Virus record (IMG/VR): IMGVR_UViG_3300038679_000131
Location: 34,839 to 98,838 of that record
Source of the DNA: a virus
DNA: 64,000 nt
Direction: 5' to 3' (one strand)
Below, piece after piece: positions 45,449-54,138 of the stretch. Both the position numbers and the translations under genes were made by a program. The notes beneath the pieces were generated by a model. The model was not told the origin of the DNA and did not search any database. It saw nothing but the letters and a program-made list of their open reading frames with translations. Numbering within the stretch: the stretch's first letter is position 1; each line of letters begins with the position of its first letter.

Positions 45449-46182
45449 AGAACTTAGTGGTTTTTATTACTCCACAAAAGAAATTCTTTGGTGAATATGT
45501 TCAATTAGTTAAGGTGCTGATTGATAACAGTCTTGATTTGGGGTGGAAACCAGAAGATATTTTATTAGTGACAAATTTTTCTTTTCGATATAATGGTGTT
45601 AAATCTACTAGAGTCCACAATGAGAATTACTGTGCTTGTCGTCCCCGATCTATTAAAACAAGTGTGATTCCTCATCTTATTGATAGAGGAATTGTAAAGA
45701 AGGGGGAGATTTATTGGAATCATGATCTTGATGCTTTTCAGATGAACTCTTTCAAAGAAGAAGATTTAGGTTTAGAATCAGTAGATATGGGACTTACTGA
45801 TTATGGCTGGAAGAAGAGGTGGTGTTTTGGAAGTTATTTTTTCAAAGAAAGTGCGAAAGACATATTTGAATTAACCTGTCCTATTATTCATTCTGATATT
45901 GAAGATGAAGAAGCTATACAAAAGTTACAAAATGACAATATTAATTCCTTCAATGAACGTCATAAGAGATTGAATATTACTTACAATTTCGGTATGAGAA
46001 AGGTAGAAGATAATTATCAAAGAGCAGAAAAACCAATAAAAGTTGTGCATTTTCATCCTACTTATAAATTAGTAAGAACTTGGGACGTTTTTGTCCTTGG
46101 TAAAAATGGGTTAAATATGCCTTTAGTAAATGAAAGGTTAATAGGAGTGTTCAAACAAAATGGAATCAACGGAATTAGGTAA
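45445..46182 (+). CDS. GT-A glycosyltransferase (GT8/GT77-like)
   Basis: HDLD DxD motif, LNITYN, VVHFHP. Confidence 0.6.
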   Translation: MKNLVVFITPQKKFFGEYVQLVKVLIDNSLDLGWKPEDILLVTNFSFRYNGVKSTRVHNENYCACRPRSIKTSVIPHLIDRGIVKKGEIYWNHDLDAFQMNSFKEEDLGLESVDMGLTDYGWKKRWCFGSYFFKESAKDIFELTCPIIHSDIEDEEAIQKLQNDNINSFNERHKRLNITYNFGMRKVEDNYQRAEKPIKVVHFHPTYKLVRTWDVFVLGKNGLNMPLVNERLIGVFKQNGINGIR

Positions 46183-46771
46183 AGAACTTGAATTTAAGAC
46201 TCCTCTTTGTGAGATTGCTTATAAGTACGGGACGGATAAATGCCCCCAAATTGGGCATAATTACACTCCTTTTTATTATGATCTTTTGAAAGATAAGAGA
46301 GAGTCTTTTAAGAAAGTAGTGGAATTGGGAATAGGAACTCGTGGAACTATGGGCAAAAGGGCTGTTCCTCATTATGTGACAGGAGCAAGTCTTTATATGT
46401 GGAGAGATTTTTTTCCGAATGCCCAAATATTTGGTGCAGACTTTATGGGAAATGCTTTGTTTCAATCTGATAGGATAAAGACTTTTTTCTGTGATGAAAG
46501 ACAGGTTACAGATTTGAAGTCTTTAGTAAAAAATATTGGAAATGATGTTGATTTATTCATTGATGATGCTAGCCATGCTGGATGCCATCAGGTTTTTGCC
46601 TGTGTGCATATACTCCCTTTGTTAAAGAAGGATGTAATTTACATTATTGAAGATGTTGGAAGACCTGAGAAAGTTGCTCGGGAATTAAAGGAAGTTTATG
46701 GTTATGATTGTCAGATAATTAAGCATTTTTCAAAGGTAAAGTATGATAATCTTGTTATTGTAAGGAAATAA
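46160..46771 (+). CDS. Class I SAM methyltransferase (sugar O-methyltransferase-like)
   Basis: YGTDK..HNY, VVELGIG, GASL.MW..FFP.A.I.G.D, FIDDASH, YIIEDV. Confidence 0.85.
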   Translation: MESTELGKELEFKTPLCEIAYKYGTDKCPQIGHNYTPFYYDLLKDKRESFKKVVELGIGTRGTMGKRAVPHYVTGASLYMWRDFFPNAQIFGADFMGNALFQSDRIKTFFCDERQVTDLKSLVKNIGNDVDLFIDDASHAGCHQVFACVHILPLLKKDVIYIIEDVGRPEKVARELKEVYGYDCQIIKHFSKVKYDNLVIVRK

Positions 46772-46772
46772 T

Positions 46773-47438
46773 ATGGACGCTACCATAATTTATTGTTCCT
46801 CAAACATGGAGATGCCAGCTTTTGAGGACAAAATAAAGGAAAAACTATTGGAAAATTGTGGAGATTTGCCGATTATTAGTGTAACTCAAAAACCAATAAA
46901 TTTGGGTATGAATATTTGTGTTGGAAACGATATTGGCGTGAGTGGGTTCAACTATTTTAGGCAGTTCCTCCTGGGCTGTGAAGCAGCTAAGACCAGATTT
47001 ATTATTTCTGCTGAAGCAGATTGTCTTTATCCACCTGATTATTTTACTTTCAGACCAGAAAAAGATGATGTTTGCTATAGGAATAGTAATTTATATGTCA
47101 TGCCTGATAAAAGAGCATATTTTTTCTACAAAAAAGAAGGTGCTACCCATTCTCAAGTAGTAGGACGAGAGTTTTACATTCATACTTTGAAGAAATTATT
47201 TGTAGGTGCTCCTATGTGGAGTAAGGAAGAAAAGAATTTTCCTAAAGAGCGTTGGCGTAAAGCAGATGTAGTTGATAAAATTGAATATTGGAGAACCGAA
47301 AATCCTGTATTCCAGATAAAAACCCACATGGGGATGAGGTATTATACCAACAGTGATCGTACTCCAATTCTTGAATTACCTTATTGGGGAAGTGGAGAAA
47401 AAATTTACAAAGAGTATGTTAAAGGAATAGCAAGATGA
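46773..47438 (+). CDS. GT-A-like glycosyltransferase (paralog group B)
   Basis: IIY, LPIISV.QKPI.LG.N, AEADCLY. Confidence 0.6.
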   Translation: MDATIIYCSSNMEMPAFEDKIKEKLLENCGDLPIISVTQKPINLGMNICVGNDIGVSGFNYFRQFLLGCEAAKTRFIISAEADCLYPPDYFTFRPEKDDVCYRNSNLYVMPDKRAYFFYKKEGATHSQVVGREFYIHTLKKLFVGAPMWSKEEKNFPKERWRKADVVDKIEYWRTENPVFQIKTHMGMRYYTNSDRTPILELPYWGSGEKIYKEYVKGIAR

Positions 47439-48304
47439 AACTATCTGTGGTTATTCCGGGCCAAAAAGAACCTTTAATGCAGAAAACTATTGATACTTTA
47501 TTAGAAAAATCTGAGTTAGGTTCAGGCATTGAAATTTTTGCTGTAATAGATGGTCCATGGATGGAACCACCGGTAGGAGATTCTAGGGTAAAGATTATAC
47601 AGTTTCCAGAAAGTAGAGGAATGAGAGCAGGAATCAATGCTGGAATTGCCCAAACTACTGGTGAGTTTATAATGAAATGTGATGCTCATTGCTCATTTTC
47701 TCAAGGTTTTGATAAAAATATGGTAGAAAATTGTGATGATAATTGGTTATTGATTCCAAGGCGTTATTCTTTAGACGATACAACTTGGGAAATAATTAAG
47801 AGAAGACCAACTAGAGATTATCACTATTTAAGTTTTCCAAATGGTGGAGGAATGTTTCCTCAGAATTGGGGGTTAACAAAAGAGGAAAATGAGATAGATG
47901 ATACTATGACATTTCAGGGCAGTTGTTGGGTGGCAAATAGAAAATTTTTTGTGAAATATATTGGTTTTTTGGATGATAATCCTTCTACCTATGGCACCTT
48001 TGCAGCAGAACAGTTGGAAATCGGATTGAAGTATTGGTTAGGGGGAGGAAAAGTAAAAGTAAATAAAAAGACTTGGTATGCTCATCTTTTTAAGATGCCA
48101 AGACATTATGATTCTGGTGAATATTTTAAAAAGAACAGTGAACAAAATAAAAAGTCTTTTGGGTGGATTTGGGCTACAGAACATTGGATGAATAACAAAG
48201 AGCCAAATATGATTTATCCTTTTGAATGGTTGATTGAGAAGTTTTGGCCTGTTCCTACTTGGCCTGAAGATAAAAAACAATGGAGGAATTATGAAATTAA
48301 TTGA
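47435..48304 (+). CDS. GT-A glycosyltransferase (GT2/ppGalNAc-T-like)
   Basis: LSVVIP, RGMRAGINAG, KCDAHC, QGSCW, EQLEIGLKYWLGGG...YAHLFK. Confidence 0.85.
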   Translation: MKLSVVIPGQKEPLMQKTIDTLLEKSELGSGIEIFAVIDGPWMEPPVGDSRVKIIQFPESRGMRAGINAGIAQTTGEFIMKCDAHCSFSQGFDKNMVENCDDNWLLIPRRYSLDDTTWEIIKRRPTRDYHYLSFPNGGGMFPQNWGLTKEENEIDDTMTFQGSCWVANRKFFVKYIGFLDDNPSTYGTFAAEQLEIGLKYWLGGGKVKVNKKTWYAHLFKMPRHYDSGEYFKKNSEQNKKSFGWIWATEHWMNNKEPNMIYPFEWLIEKFWPVPTWPEDKKQWRNYEIN

Positions 48305-48920
48305 TGCAATAAATAATTTAGAAGGTGAAAGTCCAATTAGGATTCCTAATACTTTTAGATGTGATTTTCCTGATTTTTTAGTAGAAATGGGGTATAAAGT
48401 AGGGGCCGAGATTGGAGTTTATAAGGCTCAATTTACAGATTTATTTTGCAAAGCTGGTTTAAAGATGTATGCTATTGACCCTTGGAAAGCTTATGCAGGG
48501 GCCGGACGTACACAGAAAGCTCAAGATAGACAAGATTTTCTTTATAGCCATGCTTGTAGAGTTCTTGCTCCGTATTCTAATTGTACTATCATTAGAAAGT
48601 CGTCAATGGATGCTCTGAGCGATTTTAAAGACGGCAGCCTAGACTTTGTATATATAGATGCAGATCATACGTTTCGATACGTTGCTGAAGACATTGTGGA
48701 ATGGGAAAAGAAGGTAAGAAAAGGAGGAATAGTATCTGGTCATGACTATTTTACTACTATTCCAGAAGCAAGAAATGTAATTTGCCATGTTGAGGTTATT
48801 GTGGATGCTTATGTGAGAGCTTTTAATATAGAAAAATTTTATATTTTTGGAAAAGCAATTCCCGGAGAAGAAAAGACTAAAGACGACAAATATCCCTCGT
48901 GGATGTGGATTAAAAAGTGA
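48291..48920 (+). CDS. Class I SAM methyltransferase (Methyltransf_24-like); start reassigned to ATG 48291
   Basis: GAEIGVY, AIDPW, DFVYIDADH, GGIVSGHDY. Confidence 0.85.
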   Translation: MKLIDAINNLEGESPIRIPNTFRCDFPDFLVEMGYKVGAEIGVYKAQFTDLFCKAGLKMYAIDPWKAYAGAGRTQKAQDRQDFLYSHACRVLAPYSNCTIIRKSSMDALSDFKDGSLDFVYIDADHTFRYVAEDIVEWEKKVRKGGIVSGHDYFTTIPEARNVICHVEVIVDAYVRAFNIEKFYIFGKAIPGEEKTKDDKYPSWMWIKK

Positions 48921-49642
48921 AAAGTATCATATTTTATACGGATAATCATCTTGAGAGGAGCAGGCATCAGGACGTACCAGTTCTTGTTCGTAAATTTCTT
49001 ATTGATAGTGGGTTACCTATTTTTAGTTGCTCATTAGCACCAATTGATTTTGGACAGAACACAGTTTTAGAAGGACATAAGAGGGGGTATCCTACAATGC
49101 TCCTTCAAATTATAACTGCTTTAGAAGCCTCTACTACAAAGTATGTATTTTTCGCAGAGCATGATTGTCTATATCATAAAAGCCATTTTGATTTCACTCC
49201 TCCCAAAGATGATACTTATTATTATAATGTCAACAATTATAGATGGATTTTTCCTAAAGATTGTTTAGTCTCTCATGATGGTCAAAAGTCATTGTCTGGT
49301 TTATGTGTTAATAGGGAGACAGCACTAAAACATTTTAAGTTTAGGTTAGATTACCTTGTAAAAAGAGAATTATTTAAAGAAAGTGATAGAAGTAAAGAAC
49401 CAAGGTGGGCTAGAAGATTTGGTTATGAACCAGGGACTAAGAAAAGAAGAAAAGGTGGAATAACTGATGAGGATTTTGAGTTATGGAGGTCTGAGTTACC
49501 TAATATTGATATAAGGCATTATAGAAATTTTTCATCTCCTCCAATTCTGTGTATAGATTACAGAGATATTCCTGAAAATTGGAAAGTTAAAAGAATTGAT
49601 GAGATTGAAGGATGGAATTTAAAGGAGATGTTTAAACTGTGA
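48917..49642 (+). CDS. GT-A-like glycosyltransferase (paralog group B)
   Basis: IIFYTDN, AEHDCLYH, SLSGLC, GYEPG, PNIDIRH. Confidence 0.6.
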   Translation: MKSIIFYTDNHLERSRHQDVPVLVRKFLIDSGLPIFSCSLAPIDFGQNTVLEGHKRGYPTMLLQIITALEASTTKYVFFAEHDCLYHKSHFDFTPPKDDTYYYNVNNYRWIFPKDCLVSHDGQKSLSGLCVNRETALKHFKFRLDYLVKRELFKESDRSKEPRWARRFGYEPGTKKRRKGGITDEDFELWRSELPNIDIRHYRNFSSPPILCIDYRDIPENWKVKRIDEIEGWNLKEMFKL

Positions 49643-50397
49643 AAGGGTTAGTATATTATACCGATAATCGCTTGCCAGAACCTATATTTTCTGCTGTCCA
49701 ACGGGAAGTATTAAAAAGTAATTTACCTATTATAAGTGTGTCTTTAAAGCCAATTGATTTTGGAATTAATATTGTTCTTGATTTGAAACCAAGTGTAATA
49801 TCAATGTTTAAACAAATATTAAAAGGATTAGAATCAAGCAGTTCTGATATGATTTTTCTAGTGGAGCATGACGTTTTATATCATTCTAGCCACTTTAGTT
49901 TTAAACCACCAAGACGAGATACTTATTATTATAATACAAATGTTTGGAGATGGAAATATCCGCATGACTATCTTATAACTTACGATCATCTTATTTCTTT
50001 GTCTGGCTTATGTGCTGATAGGGATTTACTGATAAATCATTACACAAAGAGACTTGAAATTATAGAGAAAAATGGTTGGGAAGATGGGAGAGACCCAAAT
50101 TGGGCTAGAAAAATAGGTTATGAACCTGGTAAAAAACGTAGACGTGGTGGTTTTATGGATGAACCTATAGATGAATGGAAATCTGCTTTTCCAAATATTG
50201 ATATAAGACATAAGAGGACAATTACTCCACCAAAAGTTACTTTAGACAGTTTTAGGCATTTGCCCACAGGATGGAAAGAATCAAGATTTGACCAGATTAA
50301 AGGTTGGGAATGTTTTGATTTTAGTTTGAAGGGTGGCATTAATGGTCTTAAATGTAAGAAAATGGGTCAAATAACTTTTTGGGATGCTACAATATGA
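49639..50397 (+). CDS. GT-A-like glycosyltransferase (tandem paralog of 48917..49642)
   Basis: VYYTDN, VEHDVLYH, SLSGLC, GYEPG, PNIDIRH. Confidence 0.6.
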   Translation: MKGLVYYTDNRLPEPIFSAVQREVLKSNLPIISVSLKPIDFGINIVLDLKPSVISMFKQILKGLESSSSDMIFLVEHDVLYHSSHFSFKPPRRDTYYYNTNVWRWKYPHDYLITYDHLISLSGLCADRDLLINHYTKRLEIIEKNGWEDGRDPNWARKIGYEPGKKRRRGGFMDEPIDEWKSAFPNIDIRHKRTITPPKVTLDSFRHLPTGWKESRFDQIKGWECFDFSLKGGINGLKCKKMGQITFWDATI

Positions 50398-51371
50398 GTA
50401 AAAATTATTCCCTTAGCATTTTGATTCCCAGTCGGAATGAGATGTTTCTTGCTAGAACTATTGAAGATATCCTAGCAAATATAGAAGCTGATACTGAAAT
50501 CATAGCCACCTTGGATGGGGATTGGGCTAAACCACCTATTCCACAACATGATAGAGTAAATGTAATTTATGTTCCAGAAGCAATAGGACAAAGAGCAGCT
50601 ACAAACATAGCTTGTAATCTTGCTAAAGGTAAGTATGTAATGAAAGTTGATGCCCATTGCTCGTTTGATAAGGGTTTTGACAGAATCATGTTAGAGGGTT
50701 TTAAAGAAGTTGGAGATAATATCACGATGGTACCAATCATGCGGAATCTGTGGGCCTTCGATTGGAAGTGCTATCATTGTGGGAAAAGAACATATCAAGG
50801 ACCAACCCCAACAAAGTGTGTTCAATGTGGAAAAACTGATAAAATACGAAGAAAAATGCTATGGATTGGCAAGCACAACCCACAATCGTGGTCATATTGT
50901 TTTGATAGTGAACCTCACTTTCAGTATTTTGAAGAATACAAACATAGGCCAGGGATTAGGGATGCAGCAAAAGAAACAGGTTTTTCTGAGACAATGAGTT
51001 TACAGGGCAGTTGCTTCATGGCTACTAAAGAAAAATACCAGGAACTTAATCTTTGTGATGAAAGACTTGGCAGTTGGGGAAATCAAGGAATAGAAGTAGC
51101 TTGTAGGACTTGGCTTAGTGGTGGAAGAGTATTAGTCAATCATAGGACTTGGTATGCCCATATGTTTAGAACCCAAGGAGGAGATTTTTCTTTTCCTTAT
51201 CCTCAATCCGGTAAAGGAGTACAGAAGACTAAGCAAAGAACTTGGAATACTTTTTTAAATGGTTGGGAGAAACAGATTTATCCAATTTCGTGGCTGGTTG
51301 AGAAATTTTGGCCTGTGAAGGGATGGTCACAGGAAGCATTGAATAAACTTAAAGAGAAAGAGAAAAGATGA
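50394..51371 (+). CDS. GT-A glycosyltransferase, ppGalNAc-T-like, with a Zn-ribbon insertion; start reassigned to ATG 50394
   Basis: LSILIPSRNE, KVDAHC, CYHC..CVQC, WGNQGIEVACRTWLSGG...YAHMFR. Confidence 0.85.
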   Translation: MSKNYSLSILIPSRNEMFLARTIEDILANIEADTEIIATLDGDWAKPPIPQHDRVNVIYVPEAIGQRAATNIACNLAKGKYVMKVDAHCSFDKGFDRIMLEGFKEVGDNITMVPIMRNLWAFDWKCYHCGKRTYQGPTPTKCVQCGKTDKIRRKMLWIGKHNPQSWSYCFDSEPHFQYFEEYKHRPGIRDAAKETGFSETMSLQGSCFMATKEKYQELNLCDERLGSWGNQGIEVACRTWLSGGRVLVNHRTWYAHMFRTQGGDFSFPYPQSGKGVQKTKQRTWNTFLNGWEKQIYPISWLVEKFWPVKGWSQEALNKLKEKEKR

Positions 51372-51781
51372 ATGAATTGGAATTTAAAATTCTTCTGAAT
51401 GAAAAACTATGTGATTTGGCAGAGGCTATTTTGCATTATTATAATCCTTGTAAGTTTAATGGAAATTCTTGTCTTTTGTCGGATAAGATAGGGAAAGAAA
51501 CTAATAGTTGTTGTTTTAGAAGTAAATTTGATCGCAGTAATGAGGACAAGGTTTGTCTATTTTTGAAAGGGAGGAGTTGTGGATTTAGAAATATAGGCTG
51601 TAAATTATTTCTTTGTTATTTTGCCGCACAGGAAAATTTAGAGTGTGTTGAAGATTTAAAATCTCTTGAATTGATTGCAAAGCATTATGGATTGATGAGG
51701 CGCCCATTCTTAGGAGATCGCTATGCTGGAATGACGGAAGAACTTATTAGGATTGAAGACAAGGAATTGAACAATGGGTAA
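51368..51781 (+). CDS. Cys-rich protein (YkgJ/CxxCxxCC-like metal cluster)
   Basis: PC..C..CC...CLFL...C.....CKLFLC. Confidence 0.5.
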   Translation: MNELEFKILLNEKLCDLAEAILHYYNPCKFNGNSCLLSDKIGKETNSCCFRSKFDRSNEDKVCLFLKGRSCGFRNIGCKLFLCYFAAQENLECVEDLKSLELIAKHYGLMRRPFLGDRYAGMTEELIRIEDKELNNG

Positions 51782-52196
51782 ATCATTTTCTCCAAGTAAA
51801 AGTCCTTCCCTATCACCAAGTCTAAGCCCAAGTAAATCACCAAGTCTCAGTCCAAGTCTTTCCCCTTCACTATCACCAAGTATAAGTCCATCACTTTCAC
51901 CGAGTGTTTCACCAAGTCTTAGTCCATCTATCAGTCCAAGCAAAAGTCCTAGTCTGTCACCATCATTAAGTGCTTCATTACCTTCAAGTTATAGTCCAAG
52001 CCTATCACCATCAAAATCAGCGAGTTATAGTCCATCAATATCTTTATCAATATCATTGTCTCCTAGTAAATCACCGAGTAAATCTAGGAGTATAAGCCCA
52101 AGTGTTTCTCCTTCTAGAGGTCGTCGTCATAACGAACCGGGTTGGATACGTCTAGGAAGATGGATTGGAGGACCAGCTCCGGGAAGAAGAAGATGA
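51774..52196 (+). CDS. Almost pure Ser-Pro repeat protein with an Arg/Trp-rich C-terminal peptide
   Basis: (SPS[L/K/I/V])n followed by RGRRHNEPGWIRLGRWIGGPAPGRRR. Confidence 0.7.
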   Translation: MGKSFSPSKSPSLSPSLSPSKSPSLSPSLSPSLSPSISPSLSPSVSPSLSPSISPSKSPSLSPSLSASLPSSYSPSLSPSKSASYSPSISLSISLSPSKSPSKSRSISPSVSPSRGRRHNEPGWIRLGRWIGGPAPGRRR

Positions 52197-52390
52197 CTTT
52201 ACTCAAAATAAAATATGATTTTGGCTGGATTAAAAAACAAGGGTTTTCTACTTTATCAGATTGTAAAGAATTTGTTTCCCAAATGAATAATTTTTGCTAT
52301 CATTGGGATATAAATAGTCAGCAATGCAATTTAGTTGAAAAGTTTTGTCTTTGGAAAGGGAAAAGATATGGCACGATTAAAGAAACATAA
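52193..52390 (+). CDS. Small hypothetical protein
   Basis: ATGA coupling with the upstream SPS protein. Confidence 0.4.
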   Translation: MTLLKIKYDFGWIKKQGFSTLSDCKEFVSQMNNFCYHWDINSQQCNLVEKFCLWKGKRYGTIKET

Positions 52391-53972
52391 GCATACTGAA
52401 AAAGAAATAAAAACAGGTAGAAATTTTGTTCCTTCAATGGATTTGGGAAATATTGATTTTGAAAGCCTTATTCCAGATAAGATTACTGAGCAAGCTTTGA
52501 GAGACCAACTCACTTTCTTTAAGAATTACAAAGTTAATCCCTTAGACTTTTTCTTTCATGAACTTGGAATTAGTACAGAAAAATGGCCTAATGATGCTCC
52601 ACGACTTGGTCATGACAGAAGTAATCCTCCCCTTTGGAGTAAACAAAGGGAGATCGTTCAAGCATTAGTAAAATATAGAAAAGTTGCAGTAAAGTCGGGT
52701 CACGCTTCAGGAAAAAGCTATTTGCTAGCGAGAATTGTTTTATATTTAGCCTATGCTTGGCACGCTTTGGGAATCACTACTGCTCCTACTTTTAGGCAAG
52801 TAAAGCGAGTTCTTTGGGGTGAAATTCATGATGCCTATAATAATGCTCCAAAGAAATTAGGTGGAAAACTTACTCAAACTTCTCTTGAGTTGGGAGATAA
52901 ATGGTTTGTTGAAGGTTTCAGTACGAAAGATCCTGCTGCTAACATAGCGGGTTTCCATGAAGAAAACATCTTTGTAGCAATAGATGAAGCAGGTGGTGTT
53001 GAAAATCTTGTTTTTGATGTTATTGAAGGTATTCTTACTTCTCCTGTTTCTTATGTTGTCCTTATTGGTAACCCTCTTGATGAGAAAGGAAAGTTTGCTG
53101 AGATTTTTAGGGGAATGGAAGATAGAGATGGTTTTAATGAGAACTCAGGGTTTTATTGCATTACAATTAATTGTTATGATACTCCCAATGTAAAGCATGG
53201 GATAAATCTTTATCCAAAATTATGTGATAAAGATTGGCCTGATAAAATGGCTGAAAAATGGGGGAGAGATTCAAATTTATTTAGGGTAAAAGTTTTAGGA
53301 CAGTTTCCAATAGATGGCGGTGATGTTCTAATTCCTTTCAAGTATATACAAAGGGCAGTTGATAATTATGAGGATTATGATGAATCAAAAACTGATCCTG
53401 TTATTACTCTTGGAGCGGACATCGCCAGATTCGGCGCAGATTCTACCGTGATAATGGCTAGAAGAAGATCGGGGCGTTGTGATATTCTTGAAGTTACTGA
53501 TAAAGAAAGGGAAACTGAGACAGTCGGAAGAATTATTTTCCATTTTGAGAATTTTAAATCTATGCGACAAGAGCCTGCCTGTATAAATGTTGATGATACA
53601 GGGTTAGGAGGTGGTGTTGTTGATATGCTTTGGGAGAGGGGATATCCTGTGAATAGTATTGTCTCCCAAGAAGGGGCAGATGAAATTCCAGGAGATGATA
53701 GGGTAAGATTTCTTAATAAGAGAGCGCAATACTATTGGAAACTGAGAACTGCTTTTCATGAGGACAAAGTAGCTATTAATGATTGGGAATTAGGACATGA
53801 ATTGTCCAAGATTACTACTGATAAATTCTTGAGTGAAGGGAAGATGAAGATTTCAGATAAGGATGATTTGAAAAAGAAAATAGGGCGTTCACCTGACAGG
53901 GCAGATTGTCTTATGCTGTGCTTTGCTGAAGATGAACTAATCTCTGGTCAGGATTTGATAGCTTGGGCATAA
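52368..53972 (+). CDS. terL: Terminase large subunit; start reassigned to ATG 52368
   Basis: KQ.EI, SGHASGKS, TAPT..Q, AIDEA, IGNP, LGADIARFGADST, VDDTGLGGG, SPDRAD. Confidence 0.93.
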   Translation: MARLKKHKHTEKEIKTGRNFVPSMDLGNIDFESLIPDKITEQALRDQLTFFKNYKVNPLDFFFHELGISTEKWPNDAPRLGHDRSNPPLWSKQREIVQALVKYRKVAVKSGHASGKSYLLARIVLYLAYAWHALGITTAPTFRQVKRVLWGEIHDAYNNAPKKLGGKLTQTSLELGDKWFVEGFSTKDPAANIAGFHEENIFVAIDEAGGVENLVFDVIEGILTSPVSYVVLIGNPLDEKGKFAEIFRGMEDRDGFNENSGFYCITINCYDTPNVKHGINLYPKLCDKDWPDKMAEKWGRDSNLFRVKVLGQFPIDGGDVLIPFKYIQRAVDNYEDYDESKTDPVITLGADIARFGADSTVIMARRRSGRCDILEVTDKERETETVGRIIFHFENFKSMRQEPACINVDDTGLGGGVVDMLWERGYPVNSIVSQEGADEIPGDDRVRFLNKRAQYYWKLRTAFHEDKVAINDWELGHELSKITTDKFLSEGKMKISDKDDLKKKIGRSPDRADCLMLCFAEDELISGQDLIAWA

Positions 53973-53982
53973 GGAGAGGAAA

Positions 53983-54138
53983 ATGCAAGTAACTTATTTA
54001 AATTTAATTGAGCATCTTTTTATTGGTCTCAAGTGGACAATCATTTTTGGGTCATTTTTTGGTTTTGCGGCTTGGTTTGTCCACTATTTGATTGAGGATG
54101 AGACTAAGGAAAAGATTGCTAAGAGGGTGAAGAAATGA
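53983..54138 (+). CDS. Small single-TM protein (not in ORF track)
   Basis: AGGAGAGG RBS; MQVTYLNLIEHLFIGLKWTIIFGSFFGFAAWFVHYLIEDETKEKIAKRVKK. Confidence 0.55.
   Translation: MQVTYLNLIEHLFIGLKWTIIFGSFFGFAAWFVHYLIEDETKEKIAKRVKK

Noticed and set aside
54098-54130. Mini-ORF MRLRKRLLRG resembling the N-terminal tag
   Set aside because: Out-of-frame within 53983..54138 with no properly spaced RBS; probably chance.
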